Source: a virus
Lineage: Duplodnaviria > Caudoviricetes
Strand: one strand, 5' to 3'
Length of the DNA: 24,480 nucleotides
Virus record (IMG/VR): IMGVR_UViG_3300026187_000088
Location: 1-24,480 of that record
Below, in pieces: positions 1-7,399 of the stretch (positions are counted from its first letter, which is position 1; every line of letters begins with the position of its first letter). The translations under genes and the position numbers were made by a program. Under the pieces are notes generated by a model that had not been told where the DNA came from, made no database searches, and saw only the letters and a list, made by a program, of their open reading frames with translations.

Positions 1-4
1 GGTT

Positions 5-370
5 ATGCTGGCGCTCGCTAACGACTATCTATCCGGCAAGGCAATTGATGAATTGGCTGATGAGTATGGAATCTCCGAGGATCGAGTTACATCTGTGATT
101 GAGAAAAAAGAGGTAAAAAACTATATTGATTCAGTGTTTGCCACGCAAGGATATCTTAATCGTATCAAGCGCATCAACCTCATCAATGCAGTGATTGACC
201 AAAAGATTCAAGAAGCAGTGGAGACTGGTATCTACTCGAAGAAGGACCTTCTCGACTGGATGAAACACCTTCAAGAGGTGGAAGCTTCACTTAAGCCTAA
301 AACACAAGGTCCTCAAGTGGCGGTACAAATCAACAACTATGACAAACTTATGAAGGATTTGATGGAATGA
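5..370 (+). CDS. terS: Terminase small subunit, T5-like (5' end may lie upstream of the window)
   Basis: N-terminal HTH-like segment, then VKNYIDSVF..GY.NR, IDQKIQEA.E.GIYSKKDLLD and a VQINNY.KLM..L tail, as recalled for T5-like TerS. The frame is open to the window edge. Confidence 0.75.
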   Translation: MLALANDYLSGKAIDELADEYGISEDRVTSVIEKKEVKNYIDSVFATQGYLNRIKRINLINAVIDQKIQEAVETGIYSKKDLLDWMKHLQEVEASLKPKTQGPQVAVQINNYDKLMKDLME

Positions 371-450
371 ACGACTGGTTTTGGGTAGCGTTGGGAGTGA
401 CCATCCCTGCTGTCATCTTCTACGGATGTTGGATAGTTTATGGCGGATGA
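367..450 (+). CDS. Putative 27-aa single-pass membrane peptide (MNDWFWVALGVTIPAVIFYGCWIVYGG)
   Basis: Read by hand. Its ATG overlaps the terS stop (ATGA, 367-370), the usual translational-coupling arrangement, and the peptide is one continuous hydrophobic stretch. Confidence 0.55.
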   Translation: MNDWFWVALGVTIPAVIFYGCWIVYGG

Positions 451-604
451 GTATAAAATTACATGGATGATGTGGTACGTGGAACACTGTAAAAAGATGG
501 AAGCGAACAGAACATCATGGGCCGAGCGCGAAAAAATTCGCGGCGAGCTTCGCTCGAAATGGTGGGCGTATGTGGCGCGCACCCGCTGGAACCGTTGGTG
601 GTAA
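440..604 (+). CDS. Putative 54-aa Trp/Arg-rich peptide (MADEYKITWMMWY...KWWAYVARTRWNRWW)
   Basis: Read by hand: ATG 440 to TAA 602-604. It fills the gap up to the RBS of the 617 gene; 8 Trp; only a weak SD. Confidence 0.45.
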   Translation: MADEYKITWMMWYVEHCKKMEANRTSWAEREKIRGELRSKWWAYVARTRWNRWW

Positions 605-616
605 TAAGGAGAAACA

Positions 617-955
617 ATGTCAAAACAACCGCGTGATGATGGAAATGAAGCAATTCCAGTACTAGCCTTACGCACGAATCGTGGGCTGCAAGTTCCTTAT
701 ACTGGCACATCTAATACATCCCCTGAAATCTCACAATCTGTACGCGTAGTCTCGCTCTATGCTACATCCGACTGTTTTATTGAAACTGGAGGCGCATCAG
801 TTGAGGCGAACACTACAAACTCACACTTTCTTCCTTCTGGGTTTATTTATGACATTTCTCTTGGAGCGGAGACTGATCCTTCGCAGAATGATAAATATAT
901 AGCTGTAATTCAATCTACCACCGCTGGAACTCTATATATTTCTGAGAGAAACTAA
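617..955 (+). CDS. Hypothetical virion-associated beta-rich protein
   Basis: Strong SD (AAGGAG) before the ATG; 112 aa; beta-strand pattern (VRVVSLYATSDCFI, YIAVI..GTLYISE); lies in the structural cluster. Confidence 0.7.
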   Translation: MSKQPRDDGNEAIPVLALRTNRGLQVPYTGTSNTSPEISQSVRVVSLYATSDCFIETGGASVEANTTNSHFLPSGFIYDISLGAETDPSQNDKYIAVIQSTTAGTLYISERN

Positions 956-1320
956 TGCCTCTAGGAGCGCATCGACTCCTACTTTCTATATCTGCGATGA
1001 GGCGTGCTCTTGGTGGAGTTGCGGCTGACCATCTATTAACTCAGGCTGATGATGTTCTCATTGCCCAAGACGGGCGACTGATTCTTGCTGAACAGAGTAC
1101 GTTTGATACAGGCGAAGCTGAAGTTCCAGTATTTACCATATCAGAGATTTTAACCCAATCAGGCGATATGTTGATTACACAATCTGGTGACGCAATTATC
1201 GCAGAACAGTTTGTTGATCCTGAAGATGTAGGCATCAACTTTATATTATCACAATCACTAGACATCTTAACCACTCAAGACGATCAAAGGATTTTAGCTA
1301 ACCAAAGTGAGCTAACTTAA
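955..1320 (+). CDS. Hypothetical virion protein with three ~21-aa LxTQxxDxLxxQ repeats
   Basis: TAATG overlap with the upstream stop; repeats LLTQADDVLIAQDGRLILAEQ, ILTQSGDMLITQSGDAIIAEQ, ILSQSLDILTTQDDQRILANQ. Confidence 0.7.
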   Translation: MPLGAHRLLLSISAMRRALGGVAADHLLTQADDVLIAQDGRLILAEQSTFDTGEAEVPVFTISEILTQSGDMLITQSGDAIIAEQFVDPEDVGINFILSQSLDILTTQDDQRILANQSELT

Positions 1321-1330
1321 ACATTCATTT

Positions 1331-1359
1331 TTGACAGGGTAGCGAAACTGTGCAAAAAT
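1331..1359 (+). promoter_or_regulatory. Putative sigma70-type promoter
   Basis: Intergenic TTGACA-N14-TG-C-AAAAAT (17-nt spacer, extended -10 TG), preceded by a T-tract; the -10 is imperfect. Confidence 0.5.
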
Positions 1360-1395
1360 GCATTAATCAGTGTAGAAATTTTTTGAGGAGATATA

Positions 1396-4293
1396 ATGGC
1401 AAACGTAAAAATTACCGAACTTACGGAACTCGCGGCAGTTGATGTTGCCGATAATGACGTTCTTCCTATTGTTGATGTAGGCGGTGATACCACTAAAAAA
1501 GTAACAGCAGCTTCGCTACGTACCTCACTCGCAGCAGCTAATGATTATGCCACCTATATTTCCTTAAATGCTAATATTGACCTTGTTCAAGACAATGTTG
1601 CCTCTGTAACCGTTGGTACAGCTGCAGACACTGAAACACGTTTAAACGCAAACCTTGATATTGTTCAAGACAATGTAGCGACTAATGCTACAGACATCAC
1701 CTCACTTGAAACTCGTCGTGCAGACAATACTACCATCTTTATTAATGCATTCACAGGCACCAATACTAACCTAGATACAGTTTCTGCTAATGCTGATTCT
1801 TACTATACACAGCTCAATGCCAATATTGATGTGATACAAGACAATGTTACAGCTCAAAACTCTTATATTACCTCTACTTATGCTACTCTCACACTCTTAG
1901 ACTCTGTACAGGACAATGTTGCTTCAGCTGAGTCGAATGTTAACGCACTTCGAGTTGAATATCTTGCTAATGTGGCTTCAACTGAGGCTAATGTTAATGC
2001 TGTTGAGTTAAGGCGAGATTCTAATACTTTTTATACTTACAATACTGATGGCGACCAAGCGAACATTCAAGCTTTTGCAAATGTAGAACCTTTTTCTAAT
2101 AATATATACTCTCTAGGCGCACCAGATTTAGTCTGGAAAGATGTGTATGTAGGTCCAGGCACTCTACATCTAGGACCTCTCCGTCTTCATTCAAATGACG
2201 ATGGGACAGGTCTTTTAATTAGAGATGTTAACGATGCACAAGTAACTATCGATACTGGCGTTGCTAATATCACTGCAAACCTCAATTTACTTCAAGATAA
2301 TGTAGCATCAGCTGAAGCTAATGTGGTATCAGCTGAAACCAGACTCAATGCTAATGTTGATGTGGTGCAAGACAATCTCGCAGTTTACACAAGTTCATCA
2401 AATGCTGGCATTCGTGTAGCTGTAGAACAGTTTGGTAATCTGGCTCTGCAGTCTAATACCATTGACTTTGCTATTTTAGATTCATTCGCTCCTGAACACG
2501 CAGAAGGTCGTGTACACTATAACGCAGCAAGAAATGCACTAGAAGTTATGGGTCCTGGAATATCTGCTAATGTTATGGTAGGCCAGGATGAAATGGTTTA
2601 CGTTAAAAATACTTCTGGCGCTACCATTGACCAGTTAAAACCTGTATATCTTGTATCAGAAGACGGTGGAACACCTACTATCGCCCTTGCAAACGCAGCT
2701 ACTGAAGCTACTTCATATGCCGTTGGTTTAACAGCCGAATCTATTGCTGATGATGCTTTTGGTTTTGTTCAGCGAGCTGGTATTGCGTTTGGTGATACTA
2801 CGGGATTGACTTCAGGTCAACGAGTTCACGTAGGTCCCACAGCTGGTTCTTTACAAAATCTTGCCCCAACTTATCCTTATTTTGCCGTTGATTTAGGTAT
2901 TGTGCTCATCACTGATGGAACAAATGGTTGTATTTATTTAGATGTACAAAACCAAACAGCTGAATCGTTCCGAGTAACAGGTTCTGCTTATGTAGATGCT
3001 GATTTAACTGTTGCTGGTAACCTTGCAGTTTTAGGTTCAGAGTCTATTACCTCGGTCAATTCTCTTGCAGTTGCTAACTCACTTATGTATTTAAACTCTG
3101 GCGATACAATCGGTGATTCTGCAACAGTATTTATCGGATCTGGTTTAGATGATGCTACCCTATTGGGACACTATACTGGACCAATTACAGAACAGTTTAA
3201 TGTAAAAATTAATGCTACAGGTACTCCTGATACCTTTGACTGGTCTCTTGATAACTTTACTTCTCGTGAGGCAGTTGGCGTTGAGATAACTGGTGGGCAG
3301 CAGTCTCTTGCTAATGGTATCTCAGTTACATTTGAAGCTACCACAGGACACACAATAGGAGATGAGTGGGGCGGTGTTGCTGCTCCTACACAAGTTGATA
3401 CAGGTTGGGTGTCTAACCGTAATGCTGGACAGTCAGAACCTGGATATACACATCTTGGCATGTTCTTTGACATTTCTGATGCAAAATTTAAAATGTTTGA
3501 TGAATACGACCCAGAACCAAATGCTTCAATCGATATCACCGACGGCTCGTTCTCATATGGCGATCTTGTTCTATCAACTCTTGAATCTACAGTTGCTACA
3601 GGCACTGCACCATTTACAGTTGCTTCAACAACTCTTGTCACAAATCTGAACGCAGATCTGTTAGACGGGGTTCAAGGGTCTGTATACGATACGCGTGCTA
3701 ATGCATCAGCTGGCTTTATTCAACTTAATTCTAATATTAATGTAGTGCAAGACAATGTAGCAACCCTTACTACAACTGTTGATAACTTTGGTACTTATGC
3801 TAACTCTACTTTTTCTACTGTATCAAATGCAGGTTCTTTAGCTACTGGGATTGCTACCAAGCTTGATGCTGCTGACTATACAGCCTCTGATGTGTTGACT
3901 AAAGTTAAAACTGTAGATGGTGCAGGGTCAGGATTAGATGCAGATTTACTTGATGGTCAATCATCAGCTTATTTTGCAGTTGAGGCTACTCGTTCCTCTA
4001 ATGCAGCTGCTTTAGCTGCTGGAATCGCAACAAAACTTGATTCCTCTGATTATACAGCTTCTGACGTGCTAACAAAAATTAAAACGGTAGACGGATCAGG
4101 CTCTGGATTAGATGCTGATCTTTTAGATGGACAATCTTCTGCTTACTATGCAGTTGAGGCGACTCGTTCTTCTAATGCAGCTGCACTTGCAGCTGGTATA
4201 GCAGGAATTACACCAATTGGAACATCTGATATTTCAGATAATGCAGTTACAGTTGACAAGTTAGCTGCAACACTCGACTTAGGGGCACTCTAA
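1396..4293 (+). CDS. Large mosaic fibre / virion appendage protein (965 aa)
   Basis: SD GAGGAG; N-terminal MANVKITELT..DVLPIVD..TKKVT anchor-type motif; seven QDN[VL] coiled-coil repeats; GSGLDADLLDG fibre motifs; tandem 58-aa repeat near the C-terminus. Confidence 0.8.
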   Translation: MANVKITELTELAAVDVADNDVLPIVDVGGDTTKKVTAASLRTSLAAANDYATYISLNANIDLVQDNVASVTVGTAADTETRLNANLDIVQDNVATNATDITSLETRRADNTTIFINAFTGTNTNLDTVSANADSYYTQLNANIDVIQDNVTAQNSYITSTYATLTLLDSVQDNVASAESNVNALRVEYLANVASTEANVNAVELRRDSNTFYTYNTDGDQANIQAFANVEPFSNNIYSLGAPDLVWKDVYVGPGTLHLGPLRLHSNDDGTGLLIRDVNDAQVTIDTGVANITANLNLLQDNVASAEANVVSAETRLNANVDVVQDNLAVYTSSSNAGIRVAVEQFGNLALQSNTIDFAILDSFAPEHAEGRVHYNAARNALEVMGPGISANVMVGQDEMVYVKNTSGATIDQLKPVYLVSEDGGTPTIALANAATEATSYAVGLTAESIADDAFGFVQRAGIAFGDTTGLTSGQRVHVGPTAGSLQNLAPTYPYFAVDLGIVLITDGTNGCIYLDVQNQTAESFRVTGSAYVDADLTVAGNLAVLGSESITSVNSLAVANSLMYLNSGDTIGDSATVFIGSGLDDATLLGHYTGPITEQFNVKINATGTPDTFDWSLDNFTSREAVGVEITGGQQSLANGISVTFEATTGHTIGDEWGGVAAPTQVDTGWVSNRNAGQSEPGYTHLGMFFDISDAKFKMFDEYDPEPNASIDITDGSFSYGDLVLSTLESTVATGTAPFTVASTTLVTNLNADLLDGVQGSVYDTRANASAGFIQLNSNINVVQDNVATLTTTVDNFGTYANSTFSTVSNAGSLATGIATKLDAADYTASDVLTKVKTVDGAGSGLDADLLDGQSSAYFAVEATRSSNAAALAAGIATKLDSSDYTASDVLTKIKTVDGSGSGLDADLLDGQSSAYYAVEATRSSNAAALAAGIAGITPIGTSDISDNAVTVDKLAATLDLGAL
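3823..4203 (+). repeat. Tandem 174-nt (58-aa) intragenic repeat, about 2.2 copies
   Basis: Units start at 3823, 3997 and 4171 (SNAxxLAxGIATKLDxxDYTASDVLTKxKTVDGxGSGLDADLLDGQSSAYxAVEATRS). Confidence 0.9.
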
Positions 4294-4303
4294 TAAATAT
4301 ATT

Positions 4304-4332
4304 TTGACCTGTGGTTAAAATTATGATAGAAA
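4304..4332 (+). promoter_or_regulatory. Putative sigma70-type promoter
   Basis: Intergenic TTGACC-N14-TG-A-TAGAAA; same geometry as the site at 1331. Confidence 0.5.
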
Positions 4333-4339
4333 GGTAATT

Positions 4340-4777
4340 ATGTCACAAAAAGTTACACCATTTATGGGCGGTCTCGGAAGAGACGTTACCTCAAAGTTTG
4401 AAATCACTGATGATGCTACTGTTACAGTTGGTAACGGTACAACAACTGGTAATCTTACTATCGGTGGTAGTACTCAGATGGGCAGTTTTACTGCTAATGG
4501 ACAAGCTATATTTGGTAATATTGAAGGCACTAATCTAAGAAATAGATTTGTATATTCTGCTTATAATGATCAAATGTATCAACAAATTGGTGATGGCACT
4601 GCTGGGTCTGGAGGCACTTTTAACTTCAGCAGGTATCTAGAATCACTGCCTGAACATATCGCCGTGTCAATTAATACAATTACTTTATCTAGCACTTTTA
4701 CGGCAAATGTAGCGATAGGCACTAATTCATCTAACACATTTACAGTTACAGGCATTTTTGATTTAGGAACACTATAA
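4340..4777 (+). CDS. Hypothetical fibre-associated protein (145 aa)
   Basis: Gly/Thr-rich beta repeats (TVTVGNGTTTGNLTIGG); C-terminal FDLGTL resembles the LDLGAL end of the upstream fibre. Confidence 0.7.
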   Translation: MSQKVTPFMGGLGRDVTSKFEITDDATVTVGNGTTTGNLTIGGSTQMGSFTANGQAIFGNIEGTNLRNRFVYSAYNDQMYQQIGDGTAGSGGTFNFSRYLESLPEHIAVSINTITLSSTFTANVAIGTNSSNTFTVTGIFDLGTL

Positions 4778-4787
4778 GGAGTAAACG

Positions 4788-5843
4788 ATGGCTACACAGC
4801 TACAATTTAGACGAGGAACCTCAGCACAAAACAACGGCTATACAGGTCTAGTTGGTGAGATAACACTCGATACAGATACTAACAACATTCGAATTCATGA
4901 CGGTTCTACTGCAGGTGGAGCTGAGATTATCCCAGCAGGAACTATTATGGCATATGGTGGTGCAGCAGCTCCAACAGGTTACTTACTCTGTGATAATTCA
5001 GCTGTATCGCGCACAACTTATGCTCGTCTTTTTGCTGTAATCTCAACTACTTTTGGTGTAGGAGATGGTTCAACAACCTTTAATGTTCCTGATTTAAGAG
5101 ATAAAGTTCCACTCGGCAAAGGAACTAACAATGCTACGCTTGGCACTACTACAGGATCTGCGGGTGCTTCTTCAGTTCTTACCTCAGCTTCAAAAACTGG
5201 AGTAACCACTGCAGCTTCTAATACAGGCACAGCTAATACTGGAACTGGAAATACAGGTACTGGTAACACTGGTACAGCTACGTCGGGCGGTTCAAGCGTA
5301 ACTATAACTGGAGACACTGATGGCTCTGGAGTTACTATTACAGGATCTACAGCTAACTCAACAGCAACTACTGCGGCGGATAGCACAGGAACAGGTAATA
5401 CAGGAACAGGTAATACAGGAACAGGAACTACAGGCGCAGATGGCGCTGGTGATTTAACTCCGACTAACGTAACAGTTGCTGCGTCTGCAAAAGACTCCTC
5501 TGTAACGTCAGCAATTGCTTCAATTACTCAGGCAAACCACACCCACACAATCCCTGCACTTACAGTACCAGCTTTGTCAATTCCAGCTTTGACGATACCT
5601 TCGTTAACTGTTAACAACCATACGCATGGAGTTGGAAACTTAGCTGGTTCAAGTCATACGCATGGAGTCGGGAACTTAGCTGGTTCGAGCCATACACACT
5701 CTGTACCTGCTCTTTCAATCCCAGCTCTTTCAATCCCAGCATTGTCAATCCCTGCACTTACAGTTCCTTCTCTAAGTGTTAATTCTTTTACAGTTAATAC
5801 TACTCTACCGAGCGAAGTAGTAAACTATATTATTAAGACTTGA
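4788..5843 (+). CDS. Tail fibre: Mtd_N-like N-terminus, phage tail collar domain, HxH needle region
   Basis: MATQLQFRRGT..GEITLDTDT..IRIHDG.TAGG (Mtd_N-like); PAGTIMAYGG..APTGYLLCD..AVSRTTYARLFAVI...FNVPDLR (tail collar); four HTH motifs; ends VVNYIIKT; SD AAGGAG. Confidence 0.88.
   Translation: MATQLQFRRGTSAQNNGYTGLVGEITLDTDTNNIRIHDGSTAGGAEIIPAGTIMAYGGAAAPTGYLLCDNSAVSRTTYARLFAVISTTFGVGDGSTTFNVPDLRDKVPLGKGTNNATLGTTTGSAGASSVLTSASKTGVTTAASNTGTANTGTGNTGTGNTGTATSGGSSVTITGDTDGSGVTITGSTANSTATTAADSTGTGNTGTGNTGTGTTGADGAGDLTPTNVTVAASAKDSSVTSAIASITQANHTHTIPALTVPALSIPALTIPSLTVNNHTHGVGNLAGSSHTHGVGNLAGSSHTHSVPALSIPALSIPALSIPALTVPSLSVNSFTVNTTLPSEVVNYIIKT
5220..5780 (+). repeat. Intragenic 15-nt (NTGTG; IPALS) and 33/36-nt repeat arrays
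   Basis: Visible directly, e.g. the 36-nt tandem catacgcatggagt..aacttagctggttc at 5619-5699 and ctttcaatcccag repeats near 5710-5750. Confidence 0.9.
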
Positions 5844-5849
5844 GATATA

Positions 5850-6152
5850 ATGTCAGATACTGAGCGCGAATTAGATCAAATACAACTTGATATAGATAGG
5901 CTGCATGAGCGTTCACAGTCTAATAAGTCTTTGATATCAGCTCACGAAGCTGTTTGTGAAGAACGTTATAATACAATTGTTATAATGTTTGAGCGGTTTG
6001 AAAGCCGTATGGATAAAATGGAGCAAAAACTAAACACAATCAGTGAAATGGCAACACAAGGCAAAACTTCTCTCAAAACTCTGCTATGGATAGGCGGTGT
6101 AACAGCAGCTTTAATTTCCCTTCTCTCAATGATAATTCCATATTTTAGGTAA
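5850..6152 (+). CDS. Coiled-coil protein with C-terminal TM helix (XhlA/holin-like architecture)
   Basis: HEAVCEERY motif, heptad coiled coil, hydrophobic LLWIGGVTAALISLLSMII tail; the stop overlaps the terL start (TAATG). Confidence 0.65.
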   Translation: MSDTERELDQIQLDIDRLHERSQSNKSLISAHEAVCEERYNTIVIMFERFESRMDKMEQKLNTISEMATQGKTSLKTLLWIGGVTAALISLLSMIIPYFR

Positions 6153-7399
6153 TGTCAGATAAATTTTTTCGTATTAAAATTCAACGTCTTCTAGATCGTC
6201 TCCCAAACCCAGTTCAATTTAATGAGTCTCAATGGGCAATGGTTGAAAATCTAGACTCTCACCGATTTGTTGTGCATATTGCTGCACGTCGTACTGGTAA
6301 GTCTTATGCAGCTGCTATTCTAGCATTTGCTAAACTTTTAGAGCCTGGTCAACAAGTTATGGTTGTTGCTCCTAACTTTTCTCTTTCTTCAATTATTTGG
6401 GATTATGTTACAGACTTAATTAGACAACTTGATATTGAAGTTGAGCGTTTCAACCAAAAAGATAAGGTGGTGAAATTAATAAATGGCTCAGTTTTTAGGT
6501 TGCTTTCAGCTAATAACCGAGATTCACTAGTAGGTCGTGCAGCAAACCTCTTAATTGTAGACGAAGCTGCAATTATTCCTAATGATGAGTATTATACGCG
6601 AGATTTACGTCCTGCACTGTCAACTTTTACAGATTCTCGTTGTTTATGGATTTCTACACCTCGTGGCAAAGGCAACTATCTATATGAGTATTTTTTACGT
6701 GGAGAAGATCCAGAATATCCAGATTGGTCCTCTTCAATACATACTTGGAGAGCTAATCCACTTCTTTCAGAAAAAGACGTAGACGAAGCTCGACGTTCTA
6801 TTACCAAAGCTCTTTATCTTCAAGAGTACGAGTGTGAGTGGACTACGACTGAATCTCAAATTTATCTTGATTTAGATGAAGAAAAACATGTAGGTGATTA
6901 TATTGGAGAACGATTTGCTGAAGTTATAGGAGGACTTGATGTAGGCTATCGTGATGAAAATGTATTTGTCGTGATTGGTACAGATGGAGATAACTATTTT
7001 ATTATTGATGAGTTCGTCTCAAAAGAATCTACAACATCTGAACTAGCAGCTGAAATACAAGAAAAAATTAATGAATGGGGAATAGATACTATTTATATAG
7101 ACTCTGCAGCACAACAGGTAAAAGCTGATTTTGCTTATGATTATGACATCTACTGTGAGAACGCTATTAAATCAGTAAATGATGGGATAAATTCTATTCA
7201 AGTATTGATAGAACAAGATAGACTTTTCTTTGATACAGAGGGAGCTCGCCATACTTTTTCTGCAATGAGTTCTTATAAGTGGAATCCTAATACAGAAAAC
7301 CCAAAACCAATTCATGATTGGGCATCGCATCCTTGTGACGCAGTAAGATATGCTATTTATACACATCAGAAAATGAGTAATATATCAATTTATGCTTAG
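6152..7399 (+). CDS. terL: Terminase large subunit (T5-like)
   Basis: Q motif (NESQ), Walker A ARRTGKS, Walker B LLIVDEAA, ISTP.G motif III, RNase H-like nuclease GLDVG...HPCDAVRY. Confidence 0.96.
   Translation: MSDKFFRIKIQRLLDRLPNPVQFNESQWAMVENLDSHRFVVHIAARRTGKSYAAAILAFAKLLEPGQQVMVVAPNFSLSSIIWDYVTDLIRQLDIEVERFNQKDKVVKLINGSVFRLLSANNRDSLVGRAANLLIVDEAAIIPNDEYYTRDLRPALSTFTDSRCLWISTPRGKGNYLYEYFLRGEDPEYPDWSSSIHTWRANPLLSEKDVDEARRSITKALYLQEYECEWTTTESQIYLDLDEEKHVGDYIGERFAEVIGGLDVGYRDENVFVVIGTDGDNYFIIDEFVSKESTTSELAAEIQEKINEWGIDTIYIDSAAQQVKADFAYDYDIYCENAIKSVNDGINSIQVLIEQDRLFFDTEGARHTFSAMSSYKWNPNTENPKPIHDWASHPCDAVRYAIYTHQKMSNISIYA

Noticed and set aside
5220-5780. Short tandem DNA repeats as a CRISPR array
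   Set aside because: They are in-frame coding repeats with third-position variation and no unique spacers.
4788-5843. Diversity-generating retroelement suggested by the Mtd_N-like domain
   Set aside because: No reverse transcriptase, no template/variable repeat pair with adenine-specific differences and no C-type lectin tip in the window.
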